Assembly: GCA_000165345.1 (NCBI GenBank)
Contig: CM000435.1
Coordinates: 64,001 to 128,000, forward strand
Direction of reading: 5' to 3'
DNA length: 64,000 nucleotides
Shown: positions 53,820 through 63,074 of the stretch, one piece after another
Layout of the letters: every line of letters starts with the position of its first letter
How positions within the stretch are numbered: the stretch's first letter is position 1
The notes under the pieces: model-generated
Database searches by the model: none
The model's input: only the letters and a program-made list of their open reading frames with translations
Told to the model about the DNA's origin: nothing
Program-made: the position numbers and the translations under genes

Positions 53820-54785
53820 TTATGCTCCAGCAGCTGGTGCATTATCCAACACCTTGGAAATAGTGTTGACTTCATTAATTGATTCCCCAAGAAGCTTCTG
53901 TTCTAGTGGAGTTAAGTCCAATTCGAGAATGTCCTCAACACCATTCTTTCCAATAATTGTTGGAACACCCATGTATATACCCTTTACACCATAATGGTTG
54001 GAGCAGAATGCAGAACATGGAACAACTGCCTTCTTGTCCTTTAGGTAAGCTTCAGCCATCTTAACAGCAGCAGCGGCTGGTGCAAAGTAGGCAGTTCCTG
54101 TCTTTAAGTTATCAGCAACTTCCTTCCATGCTATTCTGGTATGGCACACAATCTCATCAATTTGTTCCTGGGTGATAAGACCTTGCTTAATGAAGGATGA
54201 AAGAGGAACACCACCAACCGAAACTGAACTAGTAACTGGTACCATACCATCGCCATGGCCACCAATAACGTTGGCACTAACATCAGAAGCATTAACGCCA
54301 AAATGTTGTGCAATGAATGTTCTAAATCTAGATGAATCTAATACACCTGCCATACCACAAACTTTGTTATGTGGAAGCCCAGAAACCTTTTGGAAGTGTG
54401 AAACCATAACATCTAATGGGTTTGTGATACAGATGACAAAGGCATTTGGACAGTATTTCTTAACACCTTCGGCAACTGAATCCAAAATACGAGCATTTCC
54501 GAATAAGAGTTCAGAACGATCATCTTTTGGACGACCTGGAATGGAGGCTGTGATAATAACTACATCAGAGCCTGATATATCAGCATAATCATTTGTGCCG
54601 ATAACCTTTGATGTGGAACCAAACATTACCATAGAGTGGGTAATATCTAGTGCTTTTCCTTGTGGAATGCCTTCTGCAATATCAAAAAGTACTACATCGG
54701 CTAAATTGTCTTTACCTACAATATATGCAATATTACCTCCAATTTGTCCTGACCCAATAACGGCAATCTTGCGTCTTTCAATCAT
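53820..54785 (-). CDS. LDH: L-lactate dehydrogenase (MDH-derived paralog with Gly at substrate-specificity position)
   Basis: The tracked ORF starts at a TTG (54824). The ATG at 54783-54785 gives MIERRKIAVIGSGQIGGNIA (321 aa). Loop ASIPGRPKDDRSELL has Gly where the MDH has Arg. GGHGDGM. Tandem to the MDH on the same strand. Confidence 0.85.
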   Translation of the reverse strand: MIERRKIAVIGSGQIGGNIAYIVGKDNLADVVLFDIAEGIPQGKALDITHSMVMFGSTSKVIGTNDYADISGSDVVIITASIPGRPKDDRSELLFGNARILDSVAEGVKKYCPNAFVICITNPLDVMVSHFQKVSGLPHNKVCGMAGVLDSSRFRTFIAQHFGVNASDVSANVIGGHGDGMVPVTSSVSVGGVPLSSFIKQGLITQEQIDEIVCHTRIAWKEVADNLKTGTAYFAPAAAAVKMAEAYLKDKKAVVPCSAFCSNHYGVKGIYMGVPTIIGKNGVEDILELDLTPLEQKLLGESINEVNTISKVLDNAPAAGA

Positions 54786-55675
54786 CTTTAATATAAAAAA
54801 AATAAATAAATGCTTTGAAAACAAAAATTCGCTTTAATTAAACTTAATTAAATAATAGTGATTCTTATCTCTTTTTTTGTCCTCTAATAATTATACATGT
54901 GTGGATTTCTGTACGCAAAAAAATATCTTTAATATCCATAATATTTTTATTATTTAAATTTATCTTTAATTAGGTATGCTTACGTTACTAGGCGGGCATC
55001 ATGTTTTGTTTATTTTAGATTTTTTTTTATTCAAAAATACCATATTTTTTTCTGGAATCTCATTCTTTAAATATAATTCCAAGAAATTATCAATGTTAAT
55101 TCAACTAACCCTACTGACTAGCTTGCTTGCTTGCAGTTTACATTATTTATATACCCTTCGATATCAAAATTTTGATTATCTTAAAGCTAATTGTGATAGC
55201 TTATCCACCCCTTTACCCCTCTAATTATAAGATTTTAATTCTTAATTATTGCATGTAAATACCGGTATGCAATTTTTGCAAAAATAGTCGTATTATTATT
55301 TTTTATATTTTGCATCAATTTTTTTTTCTTTTTAAATAAAAATTGTCCACATTAAATTTTTAAATTACGTGTGAATTTATCAAAAAAATATATATTTTAT
55401 TTCACGGATTCTTGAAATTATGAAATAAAAATTAGGAATAATTTATAAGAACGTAGAAATAATAATAATAATACTAATACACAAGCTATTTGAATGTTAA
55501 AGTATTTTTCAAAATTTAACTGAATTTAATAATTTTGAAAAATATTTTGCAAGTAAATATTTGAGCGCACAGATATAATTAAAAACAAAAAATTAAAAGT
55601 GAAAAATAATTAACTTTTTTTTTTTTTAATCGTTATCAAGGGAATTAAAAGTGGAATATAGATATTTTTATCAAA

Positions 55676-56320
55676 ATGTCAAGTTTAATCGAGATAATGA
55701 CTATAGTTGAAAGTAAAGGAGGGAAAGAGGATGTTGAAGTAGAATTAAGTAAAGATCTTCCAGAAGCAGACTTTAATAAGCTAAGGGAACAATTATTTAT
55801 GATGGGATTTGAGTTGCAGAATCAAAATATTGAAAAAGATCAAAAAAGTGGTAGCTCTGGCAATACTGGTGATAATTGTAGAAAATTTAAATTGAAAAAA
55901 GAATCATATAACGAATTAATTGTAAAGGAAATATCGAATATGTCACTTAAAAATCAACAAGAAGCATCAATTCCTCTAACTCCAAAATCAGCTTTGAAAA
56001 GTAAGAAGGATAATTTTGTGGATAAGAGCCAGAAGCTAGATGAGGAGCTGGCAGCAATTAGAGCAGAAAAGGCAAGACAATTTAAAGATTCATCAGGCCA
56101 TTCATATAGAAACACAAATAATACATGTAATAGCAATAATAGTAGAACTTCTACGGATTCTCAATCCTCTTTTAGAAGATTTATGAATTTTGATTGGTTC
56201 ACATCAATGTTTTCATCCAGAAGAAGAGGGACAAGTCAAAGAGATAGAATGCATTTGGATTCAAGTTATTATAGATCTAAGAATACAGGATGTTGTGGCT
56301 CAAGTTGTGGAGGATCTTAA
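55676..56320 (+). CDS. Hypothetical protein (Ser/Asn-rich, C-terminal CCGSSCGG motif)
   Basis: 214-aa ORF with ATG at 55676. No recognisable domain. Compositionally biased. Lies in a gene-sized gap between flanking genes. Confidence 0.4.
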   Translation: MSSLIEIMTIVESKGGKEDVEVELSKDLPEADFNKLREQLFMMGFELQNQNIEKDQKSGSSGNTGDNCRKFKLKKESYNELIVKEISNMSLKNQQEASIPLTPKSALKSKKDNFVDKSQKLDEELAAIRAEKARQFKDSSGHSYRNTNNTCNSNNSRTSTDSQSSFRRFMNFDWFTSMFSSRRRGTSQRDRMHLDSSYYRSKNTGCCGSSCGGS

Positions 56321-56373
56321 GCTATTAATGTATATTACAATCAAATATAAGGCTAAGGGATTAAGATTTTGTT

Positions 56374-58104
56374 TTAATCTTTACTAATAAATAAAAGTTT
56401 AATATTATCGATAAATTTGTCATCATATTTCCTTCTAATTTCAAGAAGCCATTGCTCAGCTTTAATTTTTATTTCATCTTGTAATGATTTAAAATAATTG
56501 GTAATATTGAAATGAATTTCATTATCCATAATAATATCTATTAGAATAAAAGTTAAAAGTTCCAAACATGGTTGTTTAAGGTTTGGTATAGAAAATGGGA
56601 ATACAAATGTATCAAGTATTCTATAAATTGTGAATACCAATAATTTAGTATGAAATATCCATTCTATTGAGGTAATGTATCCTGAAATATTATCTTTTAA
56701 TACGTTTCTTCTGTCAATTTGAATAATATCAAATTCATTATTTTTATTATTTTCTTTATTAGATTCTTCTTTTTCGTTATTTTTGCCCTGTTCTACAATA
56801 CACTTAGATTTAATTAAATCTCTAGTTTCTTCAGAAATAAGAGACGTTAGTAAATCCAAAACAACGACTTCTGGTGATAAGTTATCATAAAACTGTGTCA
56901 TTAAGAGAACATAGTCTTGAACAGCACCGTTTTTCTTATGTTTCTTTCCAGAACAATCTTTCTTGTCTTCATTCTTATCTACTTGTTCTTCCTCTTTCTC
57001 TTCATTCTCTTCCTCATCACCTTCATCCTCGTCCTCATAGTCATCCTCATCATCTTCACTAATATCATGCAATACTTGCATCATATCCTGGTATGTATAT
57101 TCTGGGTCATCTAATTCTTCTAAGCTATCCAAATTATCCAGTTTTTTTCCATCTACAGAATTTTCTTTGCCTCTATCTTGGAGGCTCTCAGAAGAAGGCT
57201 TATGATTTTTGATACTTAATTCATTAGACTCCGAAGATCTAGTAGGCTCTGATTCTTCAATATCTAAGTAATCAAAATGTTTGACAATTTGATCAAATTT
57301 GTATTGAGTATTGTTCCTCCTGAAGGTTTTAATACTGTTTAAAAGGCTTGAAAGTTCAGCATGTCCTTTGGTGTTTTCTACTTTATTTGTTTCTACTTTC
57401 TTTAAATTTATCATTTTCTGGTCTTTATCTGTAGACATTTGAGAATTATCAAAAGTGTCATTTGTAGGGATTTTGCTTTGTGAGAAACTTAATGTGTTAA
57501 CCATCCCAATATCTTCATTTTCTACCTTCTCCAGATGTTTCTCTTTTTCCTGCTGCTTCTCCTTTTCTTCGTTTTTCTTGTTTTCACAGTCAATCTTCAT
57601 CTCCTCATTCTTAAAAACATTGTCCTTATCATTCTGTTCTTCATTTTGATATAAGCCTAACCACTTTTGGATTTCGATCAATGCATCAGTTCTAAGGTGA
57701 GGATGAGTCTCAGAGAGTGAAATGGAAAGATCCAAGTACAAGTAATAGCAATTTGTTGAACAAAAAAGACTCAAAATTGATCTCTCAATTATATTACCTG
57801 ATCTCTTATCCAATGCCCACTTACTCTTTAAATTGTTAGAAGATCCTCCTGAAATCCCTACTTGGCACTGAATCCAACCACATTTACTTTTATCAGATCT
57901 TTCAATTGATATTTCTTCCAAATCGCATGGTCTCAAAAATGATTGTATCTTCAGTATTACGTCATCATCCAACCTTCCATGATTATCTATCAATCTTTCC
58001 TGGAATTTTAGAGATATTAAGTTGCTATTTTCTATATTTTTAACATGTTTCTCTATTAACTCCTTTCTAAGCTTTTCCTTGAATAACCTTGAGTTATTAG
58101 GCAT
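56374..58104 (-). CDS. Rtr1/RPAP2-like protein (RNA Pol II CTD phosphatase family zinc finger), acidic C-terminal half
   Basis: 576 aa with ATG at 58102-58104. The N-terminal region CGWIQCQ...x27...LFCSTNCYYLY fits the Rtr1/RPAP2 zf pattern (C-x4-C...C-x3-C, compare yeast CGYPLC...FCSNFCY). Followed by E/D/K-rich low complexity. Confidence 0.55.
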   Translation of the reverse strand: MPNNSRLFKEKLRKELIEKHVKNIENSNLISLKFQERLIDNHGRLDDDVILKIQSFLRPCDLEEISIERSDKSKCGWIQCQVGISGGSSNNLKSKWALDKRSGNIIERSILSLFCSTNCYYLYLDLSISLSETHPHLRTDALIEIQKWLGLYQNEEQNDKDNVFKNEEMKIDCENKKNEEKEKQQEKEKHLEKVENEDIGMVNTLSFSQSKIPTNDTFDNSQMSTDKDQKMINLKKVETNKVENTKGHAELSSLLNSIKTFRRNNTQYKFDQIVKHFDYLDIEESEPTRSSESNELSIKNHKPSSESLQDRGKENSVDGKKLDNLDSLEELDDPEYTYQDMMQVLHDISEDDEDDYEDEDEGDEEENEEKEEEQVDKNEDKKDCSGKKHKKNGAVQDYVLLMTQFYDNLSPEVVVLDLLTSLISEETRDLIKSKCIVEQGKNNEKEESNKENNKNNEFDIIQIDRRNVLKDNISGYITSIEWIFHTKLLVFTIYRILDTFVFPFSIPNLKQPCLELLTFILIDIIMDNEIHFNITNYFKSLQDEIKIKAEQWLLEIRRKYDDKFIDNIKLLFISKD

Positions 58105-58253
58105 TGTTACTAATTCCGCCTGAGAATCTATTCTAATACAGATTAGATTCCTAATCTATAGATTTTCTCTCTAAATATTTCCTATCAACCTGTTAACTAA
58201 AATTTGGTCATCTCCTTTATTCAGCTATTTTATTAAATAAAGTATCAGGACTG

Positions 58254-58269
58254 TTGGCGCCGGCGCCAA
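58254..58269. promoter_or_regulatory. Double E2F-like palindrome TTGGCGCCGGCGCCAA in the divergent RPAP2-like/RPC11 promoter
   Basis: Two overlapping GGCGCC cores form a 16-bp perfect palindrome 48 nt upstream of the RPC11 ATG. Confidence 0.6.
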
Positions 58270-58316
58270 TTTCCTATTTTGACATTTTTTTTTTGAAAAT
58301 TAATATATTATGGAGA

Positions 58317-58911
58317 ATGGTGCAGTTTTGTATTCATTGCCACAATATTCTTTTACTTAAGGAACATGAGGAGAGAATGGCATTTTATTGTCCCACATGT
58401 CCTTATGTATTCAAAATTGTGAGCCAAATTAGCAAAGTAACAGATTTTGTTCCCAAAAAGATGGAAGAACCTTCTATAGATATGAACGAAATTGCAAGCT
58501 CAAAGACAATGGGTAAGTTAAGATTATATAGTGGTAGTACTATTATTTGTAGAAGAGATCTTTATTTATTACTATATTATACAAATAAATTATATTTGTA
58601 TATTCAAAGTATTATTTATCAATTAATAAAAAAGGGAATATGAAAAAAAAAATTAAATATATTATAAGTCCTTAAAATACCTAATTATATATAAATCTCT
58701 TAAATAATACTACTATCTCTAAATATTTGCCAATTACTTTAATAATAACTTCCTATTTTACTGGTGCTCTTTATTTAAACTTTTAGCTGTTTGTCCAAAG
58801 TGCTCATTTTCTGAAGCTTACTTCTTCCAATTACAAATTAGATCAGCTGATGAACCAATGACAAGCTTTTATACTTGTGTAAAATGTGACTTCAAATGGA
58901 AGGAAAATTAA
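58317..58911 (+). CDS. RPC11: DNA-directed RNA polymerase III subunit RPC11 (C11/POLR3K), two exons (58317..58512 and 58787..58911). Not in ORF track as a spliced gene
   Basis: Exon 1: MVQFCIHCHNILLLKEHEERMAFYCPTCPYVF..., the N-terminal Zn ribbon (CxxC...CxxC). GTAAGT donor at 58513. TTTTAG acceptor ending at 58786. Phase-1 junction (G+CT = Ala). Exon 2: VCPKCSFSEAYFFQLQIRSADEPMTSFYTCVKCDFKWKEN* is the TFIIS-type C-terminal Zn ribbon, with the RSADE acidic hairpin typical of C11/A12.2. Spliced product is 106 aa. Confidence 0.6.
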
Positions 58912-58915
58912 TGAA

Positions 58916-61252
58916 TTAATTAAATATAGTTGACGCTGATATAATTGATACATCTTGTATTGGTCTATCATTCCTATTAGTTGAAACATGCTCAATTTCT
59001 TTCACAATCTCTTTACCATGAACAACCTTACCAAATATAGTATGTACTCCATCCAACCATGGACAAGATGCTGTTGTTATAAAGAATTGGCTACCATTTG
59101 TATTTGGGCCTGCATTTGCCATACTTAAAGTGAATGGTTCATCATGCTTAACATTTGGTGAAATTTCATCTTCAAATTCTTTACCCCATATAGATACTCC
59201 GCCAATACCTTGTCCAGTTGGATCACCAGTTTGTATCATAAAACCTTTAATAACTCTATGAAAAATACAATTGTTATAATATCCATTAAAACAGTGTACT
59301 GAAAAGTTTTCACAAGCTTTAGGAGCAATTTCTGGATAAAGTTCTAAAGTAATATCTCCTTTAGTCGTATGTAGTATAACTTGTTTTGCAATTCTAACAT
59401 ATGCATTACTTCTTTCTTTCCCTTTATTTGAGAATTGTTCCAATTGTTTTTGTCTCTCAATTTCTTCACTACTTGGTAATTCATTAAATATATCTCTTTT
59501 TAAATTAACATCACCATTATCTAGTAATGGTAATCTTTTTGAAAATATATATATACGATTTGATTTATAAGCAGAAGTAATAATAGCTGAATCAACATTA
59601 CTTAAATGATTATCATTGTAATTAATTCCTCTATGTATTTGTAATAATCCCAAATTAAGAAATCTTTTTCCTGTTTCAAATTTACCAATAATTAAAACAC
59701 GCTTTCCAATTTGTATATCAAGTACACATACACCAATCATACAAGTATATATTAGAAATCTAGACGTTTCATCAAAGACCATATTCTGCATGTTATAATA
59801 TTCTGGAAGATTTTGAATTTCTGTTTCAACTGATGATCTAACACCAAATTCTAAATGGTCAATATGTAAGTAGTCATATTCTGGATTGCTCTGCATTACA
59901 TTATAAGATGATATATTTTCATCAAATATTTTATAGCATTTACCTGTTTGAATTAAAAATAATCTAATTTTATAGTCAGAACATTTGATTGCAAGATTTC
60001 TTTCATCATTACTTACTACCATATTAATTGCATAACATTTATTCTTTTGTAACTCAAATAAATCTGTTTCTATTTTATATTGAAATTTGATAGGATTCAA
60101 TTCATTATCTTGGATATTTCTTCTTGGTAAAGTCATTGTCCAAGGATCCCAAAATTCTAATCCACCTGATATATCTCCTGATATAATTATTCCTAAGTTT
60201 GGTAAAAACTTCAAGCATGTAACTTGAGCTTTATGATTATTATATTTTGGAAAGCTTTCATTATCTGGATCTTTTTCATTATTAATAAGTAAATTACCTC
60301 CTTTAATTGAATATATATATATAGATCCTGTTTTCAATTCTGATAGCACAATTTGGGGATATATTAATCCACTTGATAAATTAAATGTATTTATATTTCG
60401 CATATTACTTTTATTTTTATCATTCTTATTCCCATGATTATTGATAGAACTGGAAGATAATCCTCCTCCTATTGATGATAAAAATACGCATCTATTAGGA
60501 TATATGGGAATTCTTATTATAGAAATCATGTCAAAATTTGATATACTATATAATTTAATATCTTTTTCATTTTCTGATATACTTGCCATATATTGTTCAC
60601 AATTTGAAATAGAAATATCAGATACTTCATTTTTATGAGCTTGAAAGCCTTTTACAAATTCTAATGAAGTGATTACTGGAGAAGATAATTCTTTTGTTTG
60701 ATTTTCTTTTTCCCTTAATATTTCTTTTTCTGACCTTAATCTCCAAAATTTTATCACACCATCTTTACTTGCTGTAATAATAAACCCCGTTTTATTACTA
60801 GATAATATGTGAGTAACTTGTTTTTTATGCATAAAACTGCATTCATAAAAATCTGTTTTTGGAATATTTACTATTTTCTCCAGTTCTTTCTCTCTATTCC
60901 TCTCCCTTTCTTTATTATCTTTATTTTCTGATTCAACTTTCTCAATAGAGTCATTAGTTGTCAACATTGTGGGCATTGGCCCTAGAGAGTCATCATCATC
61001 ATCATCAACATCATCCTTATTATCTTCTTTTATTTCCTTTAATTGATTATTAGTTATGACTTCAATTTTCCTTGTTTTCAATTTATTTGAATAGCCCAAT
61101 TCATATTTATCATTAGAAAAATCAGGCTCTAGATAGCTAAACTGCTGATCTTCATCTTTCTTACTTTTATCAACAAAATCTGTAAAGCCAGGACCAAAAT
61201 CTTCACTACCATCTGAGCTTTCGCCTTCCTGTAATTGATTTTGCAAACTCAT
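58916..61252 (-). CDS. PPWD1: Peptidyl-prolyl cis-trans isomerase (cyclophilin) with N-terminal WD40 repeats (PPWD1/Cyp71-like)
   Basis: 778 aa with ATG at 61250-61252. WD-repeat region of about 450 aa. C-terminal cyclophilin domain HTTKGDITLELYPEIAPKACENF...FHRVIKGFMIQTGDPTGQGIGGVSIWG...GPNTNGSQFFITT...LDGVHTIFGKVV. Confidence 0.85.
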   Translation of the reverse strand: MSLQNQLQEGESSDGSEDFGPGFTDFVDKSKKDEDQQFSYLEPDFSNDKYELGYSNKLKTRKIEVITNNQLKEIKEDNKDDVDDDDDDSLGPMPTMLTTNDSIEKVESENKDNKERERNREKELEKIVNIPKTDFYECSFMHKKQVTHILSSNKTGFIITASKDGVIKFWRLRSEKEILREKENQTKELSSPVITSLEFVKGFQAHKNEVSDISISNCEQYMASISENEKDIKLYSISNFDMISIIRIPIYPNRCVFLSSIGGGLSSSSINNHGNKNDKNKSNMRNINTFNLSSGLIYPQIVLSELKTGSIYIYSIKGGNLLINNEKDPDNESFPKYNNHKAQVTCLKFLPNLGIIISGDISGGLEFWDPWTMTLPRRNIQDNELNPIKFQYKIETDLFELQKNKCYAINMVVSNDERNLAIKCSDYKIRLFLIQTGKCYKIFDENISSYNVMQSNPEYDYLHIDHLEFGVRSSVETEIQNLPEYYNMQNMVFDETSRFLIYTCMIGVCVLDIQIGKRVLIIGKFETGKRFLNLGLLQIHRGINYNDNHLSNVDSAIITSAYKSNRIYIFSKRLPLLDNGDVNLKRDIFNELPSSEEIERQKQLEQFSNKGKERSNAYVRIAKQVILHTTKGDITLELYPEIAPKACENFSVHCFNGYYNNCIFHRVIKGFMIQTGDPTGQGIGGVSIWGKEFEDEISPNVKHDEPFTLSMANAGPNTNGSQFFITTASCPWLDGVHTIFGKVVHGKEIVKEIEHVSTNRNDRPIQDVSIISASTIFN

Positions 61253-61814
61253 CTTTCAAGATACAGTCTCGACTATTCCTTACTCTTTCTCTTTTTAGGT
61301 AACTTCTTGTGTGAAATAGTTTTCTTATCAATACCAAAATGTATATTTTATACTATATTCTCATTTCTATTCCTTTCCCTTTACTCAAATATATCTTTTT
61401 TTCTCCCCTCCTAATAATCAAATTTAGCCTTTTAAATATGGTATCTTTTGGCGCCAATTTGGAGAATACCTAGTTTTTAATATATTTATTTATAAATATT
61501 AATAATAGTGAATAAATAAATTATAATAACTATCATTATTGTTAATATAATATATTATATTTATATATAAAGTAGCTGCATAATACCCATAAAGCCAAGC
61601 ATTACTTTCAAGCTGTTTTTAATTTACACACTTATATCCCATACAGAACAAGTTTGTTATAACCTATTCAAGTTTCTTGTTTTAGATTTGATTTGACTCA
61701 TAGCTTTAGTTACAAGAGATAAAGTTTCAAGCTTAATATTAAATAATTGACCATACACTGACCATTTATTTCCTCTTCTTTTGAACAAATTCAAGTTTAA
61801 TATAAACCCCAAAA

Positions 61815-62383
61815 ATGAGAGATCCGTCTAATTCTAGCGATATTAATATGAGCTATGATGATCAAAAACAAATTAATCGTTTTAGTTCTTTATTAAGCCG
61901 AAAAGTTGAGTTGAAGGGTGAGCTTGAGAGATTTAAGGTAAGTTGGTTTTAATGGCCATTTAATAAAGTTCTTCATTTAACTTTATTTTTTGTTTTTAGG
62001 AAAATCTCCAAACACATTGTGATGCATTAGATGAAATTGCATTATGTATGGACCCTGAGGGAATTCTGTAAGTTTTAATTATTTAATTAATAGTTAATTA
62101 AATTCCATATATATTAAATTTATTTAATTTATCTTCAATTCTTCTCCCCCACTTTATTCAAAATTTTATATACCCATATTTATATTATAGAATTCGTGTT
62201 GGTGAATCATATTATCATGCTTCAGAAGATGAAGCCACTGAAAAGATTGAGGAGCTCAAATCTCAAGTTGAAGGCAGAATTGAAGAGATTTCCAAAGAAC
62301 TATCTTCAATTCAACAAGAAATGGATAAATTAAAGGTTGATTTATATCTTAAATTCGGGTCAAACATCAACCTAGATGAATAA
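61815..62383 (+). CDS. PFD4: Prefoldin subunit 4, three exons (61815..61937, 62000..62067, 62191..62383). Not in ORF track
   Basis: Exon 1: MRDPSNSSDINMSYDDQKQINRFSSLLSRKVELKGELERFK, then GTAAGT. Exon 2: ENLQTHCDALDEIALCMDPEGI(L), flanked by TTTTTAG and GTAAGT. Exon 3: IRVGESYYHASEDEATEKIEELKSQVEGRIEEISKELSSIQQEMDKLKVDLYLKFGSNINLDE*. This matches prefoldin-4 (QKINKF...; ...LYAKFGSNINLE). Phases 0 and 2 are consistent. Spliced product is 127 aa. Confidence 0.65.
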
Positions 62384-63074
62384 ATTTAATTCCCACACTT
62401 TTTAAAAGTTATGTACATATATATTTATATAAATATATATATTCCTTCTGCTCACAATACATCATATTATTTGCATGCATTTTGTTCATGCGGGATGCCA
62501 CTTCTACAACATTTCGAGCATAACATTTTTTTTTGCATGCATTCCACATGAATTATTATTAATTAGTATATAAATTAATTGATGCCACGTAATAATTACG
62601 TCATTTTAATATATATTTTTTTTTAATAATATGAATTTTATTTCCAATTTTTTTACTAAATTTTTTTTAAAACTATTTATGAGAATTAAGAATATGGTTA
62701 CAACTAATTTATTATATTTAAATGATTCGGGTGGGATTTAAATTCTGGCTAATTAATTAAAATTCAGCTAGATTTTTTGGACATAAATATTTACAAACAA
62801 AAAATTTATCAAAGTTAAACATGACATTTCTCCTATACCGGAATAATCACATGTGTGTGGCGCTTAAATTAATTTAATTGGGAAAAAACATTCTTTGAAT
62901 ATAAAACCAATTTTTTAAAGTAAATATAATATATTGAAACAATATTAAGTACATAATTATATTTATAAAAGTTAGAGATTAGAAAAAATAAGTAAAAAAA
63001 AAGGTAATAGTCGGCAAAGAGACTTGTAACAATAATTATATTTGAGCTATGCAGTAAAATTATTGTAATTATAA

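Noticed and set aside
54131-54837. Plus-strand ORFs (138 aa, 80 aa) and a 60-aa minus-strand ORF overlapping LDH
   Set aside because: Antisense or off-frame to the LDH CDS. GC-richer codon usage of LDH creates open antisense frames by chance.
54976-55224. 82-aa ATG-initiated ORF in the LDH/55676 divergent promoter
   Set aside because: Low-complexity AT-rich translation (MLTLLGGHHVLFILDFFLF...), no domain. Sits where promoters of two flanking genes must lie.
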